Below are positions 1 through 9,678 of a stretch of DNA of 64,000 bases, piece after piece; positions within the stretch are counted from its first letter, which is position 1, and every line of letters begins with the position of its first letter. This stretch comes from Candidatus Micrarchaeota archaeon CG1_02_47_40 (GTDB lineage: Archaea; Micrarchaeota; Micrarchaeia; Anstonellales; CG1-02-47-40), in assembly GCA_001871475.1 (NCBI GenBank), contig MNVE01000003.1, positions 6,630-70,629 on the forward strand, given 5' to 3'. Under the pieces are notes generated by a model. That model saw only the letters and a list, made by a program, of their open reading frames with translations, was not told the DNA's origin and ran no database searches. The translations under genes were made by a program, and so were the position numbers.

Positions 1-12
1 ATACTAATTCAA

Positions 13-1386
13 GTGCCCGATATAGGAAGCTTTTATCCTCCGGAGCAGGCAAAACGGCAGATAGGATGGGTTTTTTTTGCCGCAATATTCGGCCTGGCCG
101 TGCTTCTTTTCTTTTCGGTCATCCGTGCAAGCATGTTCTCCGAAGTTGAAGCTGGAAGCAGAATCTGGTTTGACATAGTGTTCCTGCTTTTTGCCGCAAT
201 TTTAGCCGAATTCCTCGTCCTCTACCTTCGCCAGCCGACCGTTATGGTGCTGATGATAGTCGGCATACTGATTTCCCCAAGCGCGATTTCAGCCGCCTGG
301 CCTTACCTTTCCGGCTCCCTAAACTTTCTGCTCGGGCTGGTTTCCCTTGCGAGTTTTTTCCCGGACAACATGCCCCATCTCGTTTCTCCGGAGGGCGCTG
401 TTGAAACGTTCGCACAGCTTGGCGCGCTGGTGCTTCTCTTCAAGATAGGGCTGCACTCAAAAATATCCCAGATTTTCAACAGGCAGAACTTCCTTGTCGC
501 ATTTTTGGGCATTATCTTTCCGTTTGCGGCAGGCTTCCTTTACGCTTCTTTGGGGGGGCATTCCTTCGCGTATTCCATGTTCCTCGGGGCAGCCCTTACC
601 GCCACATCAGTCGGAGTGACGGTGGCGATACTTGACGAGTTTCACGTCCTGGATAAGCAGTTTGCAAAAATACTCATCGGCGCCGCTGTGATAGACGACA
701 TACTCGCCCTGCTCGTGCTCTCCGTCGTGGTGAATTTTCCGTCTGACTTTTCGGTTTCGGCGCTCTCGCCCCTTGCCGGAGTGCTCTTCAGCGCGGCGAT
801 TTTCATCTCCGGCGGCATTCTTCTTGGAAAGTACATAGTCGACAGGTTCATAGACCTGCAGGCTGAAGGAGAGGTGCTTCCAAAGAAAACCTTCCTCTCA
901 GTGATGGTTTTTTTCCTGCTTTACGCGTATACGGCCGAATTCATCGGCTTGTCAGGGATAGTCGGGGCGTTTTTGGCAGGGCTTGTGCTCAGCCGCTCAA
1001 AAATATGCAAAAGGATAGAAGAATTCATCCTTCCGCTTGAGCTTCTCTTCACCCCCATATTCTTCATCTCTCTTGGGATGTTTGTTGACGTGAACGCGCT
1101 CTCGCAGTTTTTCATTCCCATACTCGCAATAAGCGCAATCGCAGTAATTACAAAAGTTATGGGGTGCGGGCTGTCCGCACTTGCCCTCGGATTAAAGCGC
1201 ACCGAAGCCGCCTTAGTCGGTTTTGGAATGTCCCCAAGAGGGGAAATAGCCCTTATAATAGGCCTGTTTGGCCTTTCTTCCGGGGTCTTGAGCAACGCGG
1301 AATACTCCATAATCGCTTCAATGGCATTCCTCACTACGATAATCACTCCGCCGATACTAAAGCGGCTCATGAAAAGAAAAAATTAG
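13..1386 (+). CDS. Cation:proton antiporter (CPA2, KefB/NapA-like)
   Basis: ~13 hydrophobic segments; motifs ALTATSVGVTV, GAAVIDDI and GMSPRGEIAL typical of CPA2 antiporters. Confidence 0.9.
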   Translation: MPDIGSFYPPEQAKRQIGWVFFAAIFGLAVLLFFSVIRASMFSEVEAGSRIWFDIVFLLFAAILAEFLVLYLRQPTVMVLMIVGILISPSAISAAWPYLSGSLNFLLGLVSLASFFPDNMPHLVSPEGAVETFAQLGALVLLFKIGLHSKISQIFNRQNFLVAFLGIIFPFAAGFLYASLGGHSFAYSMFLGAALTATSVGVTVAILDEFHVLDKQFAKILIGAAVIDDILALLVLSVVVNFPSDFSVSALSPLAGVLFSAAIFISGGILLGKYIVDRFIDLQAEGEVLPKKTFLSVMVFFLLYAYTAEFIGLSGIVGAFLAGLVLSRSKICKRIEEFILPLELLFTPIFFISLGMFVDVNALSQFFIPILAISAIAVITKVMGCGLSALALGLKRTEAALVGFGMSPRGEIALIIGLFGLSSGVLSNAEYSIIASMAFLTTIITPPILKRLMKRKN

Positions 1387-1505
1387 CCCCAGACGGTTTT
1401 TTCCTTCTTTTTCCCATTGCAAAGGCAGGCAATTAAGCTTATAAGAATATTTCGCAATAACTACAAACTACAAATCAATAATATTAGTGCGGGGTGTTTT
1501 AGGAA

Positions 1506-1982
1506 ATGGGAAAGGCAACGATTGACGCGATAGTGGAAGGGGGAAAGGCATCGGCAGGCCCGCCCCTCGGACCTGCGCTTGGCCCCATGGGCGTGAACAT
1601 AGCGCAGGTGATTGCAAAAATAAACGAACAAACAAAAAATTTTGCAGGCTTGAAAGTGCCTGTAAAGGTAATAATTGACACCGCCGCCAAAACCTATGAG
1701 GTGGAAGTCGGCTCGCCCCCAACAGGGGAGCTGATAAAGGGAGAGCTGAAAATAGAAAAGGGAAGAAAGGAAAAGGGGCAGATTGCAGGCAACCTCTCCA
1801 TTGAGCAGGCAATAAAGATTGCAAAGATGAAGGATACCCTCTCAAAAAGCCTGAAAGGCAAGGTGAAAGAGGTGCTTGGCACCTGCGTATCGCTCGGAGT
1901 GACATGCGAGGGCAGGGACGCAAAAAAAATAATCGGCGAGGTAAACGCCGGGAATTATGACAGCAAATTGGCCGGTGGGTAA
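1506..1982 (+). CDS. rpl11: 50S ribosomal protein L11 (uL11)
   Basis: GKASAGPPLGPALGPMGVN motif; EVLGTCVSLG C-terminus. Confidence 0.97.
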   Translation: MGKATIDAIVEGGKASAGPPLGPALGPMGVNIAQVIAKINEQTKNFAGLKVPVKVIIDTAAKTYEVEVGSPPTGELIKGELKIEKGRKEKGQIAGNLSIEQAIKIAKMKDTLSKSLKGKVKEVLGTCVSLGVTCEGRDAKKIIGEVNAGNYDSKLAGG

Positions 1983-3684
1983 TTTGAGGGGCAGGGCATT
2001 TCTTCTCTTTTTTTTCCTCTTTCTTACCTCCCTCCCCATCTTCTCTCTTTCCACATGGGTTTACGACATAAAAAGCCAGCCAACCGGAATTTTCTACTAT
2101 GAGAACGCGGTTTTTGTGCAAAGCTCCGCAAATAAGCTGTTTGCGCTGTCCTCAAATGAAGGAGAGCTGAAATTTGCCCATCCCTTCCAAAATTCCATTT
2201 CCAAGCCGGTTTTTGCAGGCGGAAAAATTTATATTTGGGAGAAAGATGCAGGCATAGCTGTGCTGGATGAACAAAGCGGGAAAATCCTAAACCGCTTCAA
2301 CCAGAGCCAGGGGTTCGGCTCGCTTTTTTTCCATAACGGAATGCTGGTTGCAAAATCCGGCGCGCGCCTTTCATTTTACAACCCCCTTAACGGGGATTTT
2401 CTTTTTTCCCTCGGGGATGAGCGGGAGACAAACGCGCGGGCGGGATTTTTCGGGGATTTTGCCGCAGTTGCTGACGAGGGGTCGCTTTCCCTATACGATA
2501 TAGTGAACAAATCCACGCTCTGGAGGGTTCCGATTGCCGGAGTGTGGGAAACCTCCCCGCTGGTAACAAAATACGGGGTAATACTCGGAACGATAGACTC
2601 AAGGGTGCAGTTCTTCTCAATAGAAGATGGAAGGATGATGTGGGAGCGGAATATAGGCGGCTGGCCCGGCGCGGAGATGGCTGTTGCACAAGAGCGCATT
2701 TTCCTTGGCACTAACGAGAATCGGGTGCTCTGCCTTAATATGAGCGACGGGAGCATCATCTGGGAATTTTCAGCGCTCTCGGCTGTGCAGTCCACCCCTT
2801 CACCCGCAGGCGGCATAGTTATTGCGGGTACTAATGATGACGGGCTTTATTTTCTCAATGCGACAAGCGGAAGGGATATGGCTGTGCTTGATTTGGGGGG
2901 AAGGATAAATTACCTTTCTGATGACGGGGGCAGGAGGCAGTCGGTTTTTGCTGCGACATCAAAAGGGAGCGTGCATGCCATTTCCCTCTCCTCCCTCTGC
3001 ACCATTGAACAGCCGAAAAAGAACGCAAAAATAGGCGTTGCGCGCGAGAGAATATCCGGAAGGGCATTTTCAAAAAACCCACTTCCAGCAGTTTATATAA
3101 GCGTGAATGGCGGCGCATGGAAGCGGACGGAAGGGGAGCGGAACTGGTCTTTTTACATTGACCCGCAAGATATATTGGAAGGGCCGTTTGAAGCCTCCTG
3201 CAAAGTGGAAGGGGAAAACGGGATATTCACCTCGGTATTTTTTGAGCGCGCGGACGATGCCCCGAAAAAAAGAATTTTCATTTCCGCCCCCCCAAAGGTT
3301 GAGCAGGGCGCGAAGTTTGGCATAAGCGTGGAGGACGAATACTCCCTTCCCCTTGGGGAATTCACTGTTGAATGGGAGGGGCAGAGGATAAGCGCGAAAG
3401 AGGGAAATGTACAGCTTTTAGCAGGCATTTCGGGAAACTCGCAGATTTTTGTTTCGGCTGACGGCTACCTAACAACCCAAAAAAACGTTGAGGTTGAAAA
3501 GAAGGAGAATTACGCTCCTTATCTCTTCGTGCTAATCGGCGGATTTGTGATTCTTGCCTGCCTGAAGCTCTTCTGGAGGAAGGGAAAGAAAAAAGGGGAA
3601 GATGAAAAAGGGAGTGGAGAAGGGGAAAAAGAAAAAATCACTGAAGAGAAGGAAGTAAAAAAAGAAAGCGAACCAAAGCAATGA
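1957..3684 (+). CDS. Secreted, membrane-anchored PQQ-like beta-propeller protein (BamB-like) with Ig-like domains
   Basis: Signal-like N-terminus (alternative start TTG 1984); repeated ..G..lW.. propeller blades; C-terminal TM helix plus charged tail. Confidence 0.75.
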   Translation: MTANWPVGNLRGRAFLLFFFLFLTSLPIFSLSTWVYDIKSQPTGIFYYENAVFVQSSANKLFALSSNEGELKFAHPFQNSISKPVFAGGKIYIWEKDAGIAVLDEQSGKILNRFNQSQGFGSLFFHNGMLVAKSGARLSFYNPLNGDFLFSLGDERETNARAGFFGDFAAVADEGSLSLYDIVNKSTLWRVPIAGVWETSPLVTKYGVILGTIDSRVQFFSIEDGRMMWERNIGGWPGAEMAVAQERIFLGTNENRVLCLNMSDGSIIWEFSALSAVQSTPSPAGGIVIAGTNDDGLYFLNATSGRDMAVLDLGGRINYLSDDGGRRQSVFAATSKGSVHAISLSSLCTIEQPKKNAKIGVARERISGRAFSKNPLPAVYISVNGGAWKRTEGERNWSFYIDPQDILEGPFEASCKVEGENGIFTSVFFERADDAPKKRIFISAPPKVEQGAKFGISVEDEYSLPLGEFTVEWEGQRISAKEGNVQLLAGISGNSQIFVSADGYLTTQKNVEVEKKENYAPYLFVLIGGFVILACLKLFWRKGKKKGEDEKGSGEGEKEKITEEKEVKKESEPKQ

Positions 3685-3737
3685 AAAAGAAAGGAAAAAA
3701 AGAACCGCCTCTTCCAACTCAAACGTAGAATCGGTTG

Positions 3738-3804
3738 GTCATGCAGTTGAATTACATGACATCAATAGCCTTTTATATCTTGTCATATAAACTAACTACA
3801 TGAC
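3738..3804 (+). promoter_or_regulatory. Two 23-bp operator palindromes GTCAT-N13-ATGAC flanking a TATA box
   Basis: gtcatgcagttgaattacatgac at 3738-3760 and gtcatataaactaactacatgac at 3782-3804 (overlaps ATG 3800); ttttatat at 3771-3778 lies between them. Confidence 0.7.
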
Positions 3805-4411
3805 AAATTTAAAATTCGGAAAGGAAGTAGATAAGATACTAACTAGATTATCCGTCGAAATGCCCGCTGCCAGCATCACAGCTTGGGACTTAACTCCATT
3901 TATGCCTTACCTGCATAACTGGAGAAAGAATATCATCTTCATAGAGTGCGATAGGGTGGCAATAGAAACAATTGTAGAAACTCTATCTAAAGATTATCCA
4001 AAACACGAGATTTACGCCGGGATTAAGAAGCCTATGCTGAAAATCCGGATAAACAACAAAGAAGCCGCAGTCGTTATTATAGCCGGAGAAGGCAAAAATA
4101 AGAGAGAGATTGAGGGCAAATACCCTAAGTTAGAAAAATGCCTCGTCGACTTGCTATTCTATGCTAAAAACGAGTTATTGCCCATATCTCTAACAGACAT
4201 TCTGGACTTATGGAGACATTACTTAACTACAAAAGGACTGCTGCATTTCAATGAGCTCTATCGCTATTCACAAAGGCGTTATTTGGGTTGGTTTGTAAGC
4301 ATATTTGCTTATGAACTATCAAAAAAAACCAAGTCTAATGCGGACACCAGACACTGCAAAACCGGTTTAAAAAATATGGAACTCATAAAAACGGTGGTTC
4401 AATTTGAATGA
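3800..4411 (+). CDS. Putative AbiEi-like (DUF6577-like) type IV antitoxin
   Basis: PKLEKCLVDLL and LYRYSQRR motifs resemble the AbiEi/DUF6577 C-terminal domain; overlaps the downstream nucleotidyltransferase gene. Confidence 0.6.
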   Translation: MTNLKFGKEVDKILTRLSVEMPAASITAWDLTPFMPYLHNWRKNIIFIECDRVAIETIVETLSKDYPKHEIYAGIKKPMLKIRINNKEAAVVIIAGEGKNKREIEGKYPKLEKCLVDLLFYAKNELLPISLTDILDLWRHYLTTKGLLHFNELYRYSQRRYLGWFVSIFAYELSKKTKSNADTRHCKTGLKNMELIKTVVQFE

Positions 4412-5645
4412 AGAGTTTGAACGAAGAAGCAAAGCCGTATTTGAAAAATTGCGAATTCTGTCAAGGATAACCCCGGATATCGTATTTCTTGGTGGAAGCG
4501 CAATCCAAGCTTTGCTTAAAACACCAAAAAGACTAAGCATAGACCTCGATATTGCTTATTCTGGAGATGTTCAAAAACTAATCAAAGAACTAGAAAAAGA
4601 AGGCTGCGAAGTGAAACAACGAAAAAGCCGCGCACCGGATTTCACGTTTTACAATATTTCTAAAAACGGCATATTGGTAAAACTCGATATAATCAAAATC
4701 TCCATTCCAGAAACCGAAAAACATACGATACGAGACTTTCAAGTTTTCACCCCCAACCCAAGCTATTTTCTTGCATCCAAACTATCTGCATTGGCTTTGG
4801 ATACAATTGGCAGGCTTGAAGAAGAACCACAACAGATACTAAAGGATATTTTTGACATAAACTGCATTTTGGATTTACAGCCCGATCTTGGACAATTCCA
4901 AAAAAATTGGCGGCAAATAATATCGGATCAAAATAAATTAAGAAAAACAAGGTTCACGGAACATGAATGTTTATTCAGTGCACAAAAAACACTGTTGAAA
5001 TGCATAGATGCCGCACCACTTCCCGAATTTTTCATATCGCCACATGCACTCGGAAGCTTTCAAGACATGCTGATTGACGGCAAAATATCCCGCAAGGTTA
5101 TCGCAGTCATGGCCGCACGGGCTTTGGCTCTATCCACCAATACGACTAGACAATTCTATGAAATCGAAAAAAGCGTTTTAGAAGAAGCAAAAAGCGCCTC
5201 AAAACTTGAAGAAGCATCAAAAGCATTAATAAAAAGAAACTACGCCAGTGCCAAACAAATAACCGCAATAAAAACGGTAGCGCCTGTCGCATTAATGTTC
5301 TTGATTCACCATGCCCAGAGGATTTCCTCTATGGAAGGAGCTTGGATTAAGGCCGCTGTTGAGCACACAGTTCTAGAAATAGAATATTACAGCGCGAAAA
5401 CAAAACATGAACTAACAAAAAGAAAGGTCAATCCTGATTTTATCGGTCCAGATCGTCGCGGAAGAAATAACGGATTTTGGACTACATTTGACCATTTACG
5501 AAATGAAGGACCTCGTTGTTTCAAACCAGAAACGATATTAAGATGGTCTGCAACCGCCGAGCGTTTTGAGCCATCCAAAGATGGTAGATGGAAAGAACTT
5601 TTGATAAAATACGCGCAATTAGGGTTAGAATTTAAATCTTTTTAG
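4404..5645 (+). CDS. AbiEii/AbiGii-family nucleotidyltransferase toxin with C-terminal WYL-like domain
   Basis: FLGGSAI, RLSIDLD, KLSAL and KDIFD motifs; from aa ~310 IEYYS..KRKVNP..GFW..PRCFKPETI matches the WYL pattern. Confidence 0.75.
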   Translation: MNEEFERRSKAVFEKLRILSRITPDIVFLGGSAIQALLKTPKRLSIDLDIAYSGDVQKLIKELEKEGCEVKQRKSRAPDFTFYNISKNGILVKLDIIKISIPETEKHTIRDFQVFTPNPSYFLASKLSALALDTIGRLEEEPQQILKDIFDINCILDLQPDLGQFQKNWRQIISDQNKLRKTRFTEHECLFSAQKTLLKCIDAAPLPEFFISPHALGSFQDMLIDGKISRKVIAVMAARALALSTNTTRQFYEIEKSVLEEAKSASKLEEASKALIKRNYASAKQITAIKTVAPVALMFLIHHAQRISSMEGAWIKAAVEHTVLEIEYYSAKTKHELTKRKVNPDFIGPDRRGRNNGFWTTFDHLRNEGPRCFKPETILRWSATAERFEPSKDGRWKELLIKYAQLGLEFKSF

Positions 5646-6112
5646 CGGTCCTCCACTTTTTGGTAAACCCTAATCGTGTTTGCTTTCACGGTAACGGGAA
5701 TGGGAACGGCAACCTCCGTAAGCTCAACGGTCACTTCCTCCTTTCCCTCGTCAATCCTGACCACCTTTGCTTTTTCTCCCTTGAACGGGCCGGACACGAG
5801 CTCCACAATATCCCCGATGGTTATCAGAAGCACCGCCGGCTTTGCCGATTCAATAAGCGTTTCAATTTCCGGCATCGCCATGGTTTTTGCGAGCACTCCC
5901 TTTATGTAGGGTATTTTCATGCCTGCCTGCCTTATCGCAACTTCATCAAGCGCCTCGGCAATCATGTATCCCTTCAAATCCTCAAAAACGGCAATTGAGA
6001 AAATCGCCAATTTATCCTTCTTTATTTTCCTTGAGAGCATTTCCGCGACTACCTTTTCCTGCCCTGCCGTTACACGGTAAACAAAAAGCATTTTTTTCTC
6101 CTCCTTTTTCAA
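5642..6112 (-). CDS. spt5: Transcription elongation factor Spt5/NusG
   Basis: VTAGQE NGN motif, LKGY, KOW motif GDIVELVSGPFKGE, PIPVTV. Confidence 0.96.
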   Translation of the reverse strand: MKKEEKKMLFVYRVTAGQEKVVAEMLSRKIKKDKLAIFSIAVFEDLKGYMIAEALDEVAIRQAGMKIPYIKGVLAKTMAMPEIETLIESAKPAVLLITIGDIVELVSGPFKGEKAKVVRIDEGKEEVTVELTEVAVPIPVTVKANTIRVYQKVEDR

Positions 6113-6273
6113 ATGAAATTGAATATCATCGAAACTGCCAGCCCCAAAATCCCAACAACCACAATTCCCAGTGCGGTGATGCGCGCCATGCGCACAAATT
6201 CCTCGCGCTTCGGCCGATTGAACACATTCATCACTCTTATCGCGCGGTCAATGAAATCAGCCAGGTTAAACAT
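6109..6273 (-). CDS. secE: Protein translocase SecE/Sec61-gamma (54 aa, missing from ORF track)
   Basis: Translated by hand: MFNLADFIDRAIRVMNVFNRPKREEFVRMARITALGIVVVGILGLAVSMIFNFI; conserved ftsZ-secE-spt5 order. Confidence 0.92.
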   Translation of the reverse strand: MFNLADFIDRAIRVMNVFNRPKREEFVRMARITALGIVVVGILGLAVSMIFNFI

Positions 6274-6288
6274 ATCATATCACCAGTT

Positions 6289-7410
6289 TTAATTTATCAG
6301 GTCAAGGTCAAGCTCCTCAATGTTGGGCGCACCCCTTTCCCCTCCAACTCCCCCTGCAATGTTCTTCCTGCCGTAATCCGGGAATTTCGCCCCGGCAATT
6401 ACTGCCAACACCTTTATTGCCGACCTCTTGTTCGTCTTCTCAATGCGCGCGCCCCAGATTATGTGCGAGCTCGGGCTTATCCTGCGCGAGACTTCCGCAA
6501 CCATAAGCTCCGCCTCCTTAAGCGTCATGTCTTCCCCGCCAATCACGTTGATGAGCGCCCTGTCCGCTTCCGAGATGTCAACATCAAGCAGGGGCGAGTT
6601 TAGCGCAGTTTCAACCGCAATCATCGCCCTGCTCTCCGGCTTTGCCTCAACGGACGCCTCCCCTATTCCGACAACCGCGCAGCCGGCATTTGAGAGTATG
6701 GTGCGCAAATCAGCCATATCAAGATTCACCAACCCTGCTTTTGTGATGAGTTCGGCAATCCCCTTCACGGAGCCTGCCAAAACCTCATCTGATATTTTAA
6801 ATGCGGTATTTAAGGGCAAATCAGGCGCAATTGAGAGCAGTTTGTCATTCGGAATCACTATTGTGGTATCGCTGTTTTTTCGCAGTCTCTCAAGCCCTTC
6901 AAGCGCATTGTCCATCCTGTGCCTTCCTTCCGAAGTGAATGGAAGCGTCACCACTGAAACCACGAGCGCGCCGTTATCCTTTGCTTTCCTTGCAATCACT
7001 GCCGCGCTTCCGGTTCCCGTCCCTCCGCCAAGCCCGCATGTTACAAACACTAGTGTGCCTTCGGAGAGGGCGTTTGCAATCTCCCCCTCGCTTTCCTTTG
7101 CAGCCTCTTCCCCGACTTTGGGGCAGCTGCCTGCGCCCATTCCCTTCGTCACTTTTTTTCCAAGCAATATTTTCTTGTCCGCCTTTATTTTCACGAGGTG
7201 GCGCACATCCGTGTTCATCCCTATAAAACTCACTCCCTCTATGCCTATCTGGTACATCCTTGTAAGCGTGTTGCAGCCGCTCCCCCCGGTTCCGACAACG
7301 TATATTTTGGGGCGGGTTGTCTCTATGAATTTCAGAAGCTCCTCATCTTCCTTTGAAACAATTATGTCCTGCGGAAGGTCGTTTACGCTCATTCCGTTCA
7401 TTTCTTTCAT
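6289..7410 (-). CDS. ftsZ: Cell division protein FtsZ (FtsZ1)
   Basis: GGSGCN, GLGGGTGTG, NLDMAD; start placed at ATG 7410 after GAGGGG SD. Confidence 0.97.
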   Translation of the reverse strand: MKEMNGMSVNDLPQDIIVSKEDEELLKFIETTRPKIYVVGTGGSGCNTLTRMYQIGIEGVSFIGMNTDVRHLVKIKADKKILLGKKVTKGMGAGSCPKVGEEAAKESEGEIANALSEGTLVFVTCGLGGGTGTGSAAVIARKAKDNGALVVSVVTLPFTSEGRHRMDNALEGLERLRKNSDTTIVIPNDKLLSIAPDLPLNTAFKISDEVLAGSVKGIAELITKAGLVNLDMADLRTILSNAGCAVVGIGEASVEAKPESRAMIAVETALNSPLLDVDISEADRALINVIGGEDMTLKEAELMVAEVSRRISPSSHIIWGARIEKTNKRSAIKVLAVIAGAKFPDYGRKNIAGGVGGERGAPNIEELDLDLIN

Positions 7411-7497
7411 TCCCCTCTTACGCTCCGCTAAGGAGCAAACAAGCACTATTTGCGCGCAGTATATTTATATTAGTTATCCCTTCCCAATAATCTCCGT

Positions 7498-8556
7498 ATG
7501 GACATAGAAAGCAAAATTTCCGTAGTTACGCGCAAGCCTGCCTGCGAGGTGCTGACAGAAGACGAGCTGCGCGAAGTTTTCCAAAATTATTCGCAGCCAA
7601 AGCACTACATCGGGTTTGAAATCTCGGGCTTGGTGCACATAGGCAGCGGCCTTGTAACGGCGGTAAAAGTGCGCGACTTTCTTGAGGCGGGCATAAAGCC
7701 CACAATATTCCTTGCCGATTACCACGCGTGGATAAACGGAAAATTGGGAGGGGATTTGGAAAAGATACAGTATGTTGCAAAAGGGTATTTCAAAAGCGCC
7801 TTCGTTTCGCTCGGGCTTGACGAAGAGCGCGTAAACTACATTCTTGCAAGCGAAATTTACAACGGAGATTATTGGAAGGATGTTCTGAATGTATGCAGCA
7901 ATACTACAATTGCGCGCATGTTAAGATGCACAACGATAATGGGCAGGACGCAGAAAGAAGCAGTTTCCTCCTCTTCCATAATATACCCTGCAATGCAGGC
8001 GGCGGACATATTCCTTCTTGATGTGCAGATTGCGCACGCAGGAATAGACCAGAGAAAGGTGCACATACTAACGAGGGAAATCTGCGAGAAGATGAAAAGG
8101 AAAAAGCCAGTGGCGCTTCATCACAAGCTGCTTTCAGGATTGCAGGGACCGCAGAAAATGGGATTAGATGAGAATGAACAGCTTGATTTGGAAATCTCCT
8201 CAAAAATGAGTAAATCAAAACCCGCAAGCTGCATATACATACATGATTCCGAAGAGGAAATAAAGAAGAAAATAGGCGGAGCATACTGCCCGCCGAAAAT
8301 TGCAGAGGCAAATCCGATTTTAGATATTTGCGAGAATTTGATTTTGAGAACTGAAAAGGACAAGCTGAACATACTCCGCCCAGCCAAGTTTGGCGGAGAT
8401 GCAGAATACGCGGATTTCGCTTCTCTTGCAAATGATTATTCGGAAGGAAAACTCCACCCTGCTGATTTGAAGGGGGCGGTTGCGGAATACCTTATTGGCG
8501 TCTTCGCCCCATCAAGGGAATATTTTGAAAAGAATAAAGAGATGCTGAGAATATAA
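7498..8556 (+). CDS. tyrS: Tyrosyl-tRNA synthetase (archaeal type)
   Basis: YIGFEISGLVHIG, YPAMQAAD, GIDQRK, KMSKS, LHPADLK. Confidence 0.96.
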   Translation: MDIESKISVVTRKPACEVLTEDELREVFQNYSQPKHYIGFEISGLVHIGSGLVTAVKVRDFLEAGIKPTIFLADYHAWINGKLGGDLEKIQYVAKGYFKSAFVSLGLDEERVNYILASEIYNGDYWKDVLNVCSNTTIARMLRCTTIMGRTQKEAVSSSSIIYPAMQAADIFLLDVQIAHAGIDQRKVHILTREICEKMKRKKPVALHHKLLSGLQGPQKMGLDENEQLDLEISSKMSKSKPASCIYIHDSEEEIKKKIGGAYCPPKIAEANPILDICENLILRTEKDKLNILRPAKFGGDAEYADFASLANDYSEGKLHPADLKGAVAEYLIGVFAPSREYFEKNKEMLRI

Positions 8557-8569
8557 GACGGGCGAAAAA

Positions 8570-9238
8570 ATGTCAGAAGATTATTTTAAAAAAACAAAAG
8601 AAAAGTTTGAAGCCAAAATACCGAATTACGGCACCGACTCATTCAGAAAAATGCGGGATGCGATCAGAAAGGGGCTTTCAAGACAAGAAAACGAACACAT
8701 GCTTCGAATAAGGCGCCTAAAAACACTGTTGCTTGGCGATTGGACCGATGAAGAAAAAAAGGCACTCTTGCATAAAATAAAAAACACTCTTTTGGAAAAT
8801 GGTTATTATGCTCAAACCATAGATAATTATCACGACCCAAAGCGAGTAGGTCACTATAACCTAACGCAAATCCTAGAGTATTGCTGCGTTAATCATCAGC
8901 TTATCGTTTTTATTGATGGCGAGGGCCAAGGAACCCTAACAGAACAGAATTATCTAGCTGAAAATTATATCTTCCACGGTAAAATGCTGTTTTTCATTGA
9001 GGAATCAAAGTTCAATAAATTTAAGCAAAATCCAAATGAATATTTCATGAGTTTTCCCGCGATAATCAGATATAAAAAAACCGAGTTAATAGACGACGTT
9101 CTGATTTATGTTGCTTTAAGGATACATAGATTGGCGAATATAATCCAAACCCAGACCAAACACGGCAGAGGCATCAGCAATAGTAAATATGTTCCGTGGA
9201 AAGAACGCCTTTCAAAACCGAAAAGTCTTAAAGTATAG
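8570..9238 (+). CDS. Hypothetical protein, possible nucleoside-deoxyribosyltransferase/TIR-like fold
   Basis: Clean 222-aa ORF; pattern LLLGD..L..IK..L..GY..LIVFID.EGQGTLTE; AT-rich codon usage. Confidence 0.5.
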   Translation: MSEDYFKKTKEKFEAKIPNYGTDSFRKMRDAIRKGLSRQENEHMLRIRRLKTLLLGDWTDEEKKALLHKIKNTLLENGYYAQTIDNYHDPKRVGHYNLTQILEYCCVNHQLIVFIDGEGQGTLTEQNYLAENYIFHGKMLFFIEESKFNKFKQNPNEYFMSFPAIIRYKKTELIDDVLIYVALRIHRLANIIQTQTKHGRGISNSKYVPWKERLSKPKSLKV

Positions 9239-9282
9239 CAATCTATAACATTGTAAGGTTATTTAAAGAATAAGTCCCTTAG

Positions 9283-9564
9283 GTGGTGCGTATGGGCAAC
9301 GAAGATTTGAAAAAAGAGTTTCTTGAGGCAAGTCGCTTAAAAGACATCGTTTTGGAAGATAAAAACATTGACATCCTGCTTTATCTTGCCAAATATAATC
9401 CTAACGTGCAGAGAGAGAACATAATAGAAAACTTCGGTGCCGATTCAATAAAAGGGCTTGAAGATTTAAAAGGGGCAAAATTAGTCCGCGAATTAAGCGA
9501 CGGTATTTCTCTGACTGAAGAGGGCATCTTTCATGTAGACGGGCTTCTATCAATTGTTTTATGA
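9283..9564 (+). CDS. Small hypothetical winged-helix protein
   Basis: GGTG SD; ILLYLA..LEDLKGAKLV..ISLTEEG is wHTH-like. Confidence 0.6.
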   Translation: MVRMGNEDLKKEFLEASRLKDIVLEDKNIDILLYLAKYNPNVQRENIIENFGADSIKGLEDLKGAKLVRELSDGISLTEEGIFHVDGLLSIVL

Positions 9565-9604
9565 AATAAGGAAATTCTCTCAGAAGAACAACGAGGTGAG
9601 GTTT

Positions 9605-9662
9605 TGTGTAAAAACCCCTCAAAATGAGCGACTTCTTACACAAGACAAAACCTTTTTACACT
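9605..9662. repeat. TTTTACAC(A) motif cluster, left
   Basis: Inverted copy tgtgtaaaaa at 9605; direct copies ttcttacaca at 9633 and tttttacact at 9653 (20-bp spacing). Confidence 0.5.
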
Positions 9663-9678
9663 AAAACAAGTCTGAAAA

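Noticed and set aside
6428-7507. 359-aa ORF antisense to ftsZ, and similar long shadow ORFs (32665-33720, 37381-38172, 53312-54073)
   Set aside because: They overlap well-supported genes on the opposite strand and carry no recognisable motifs
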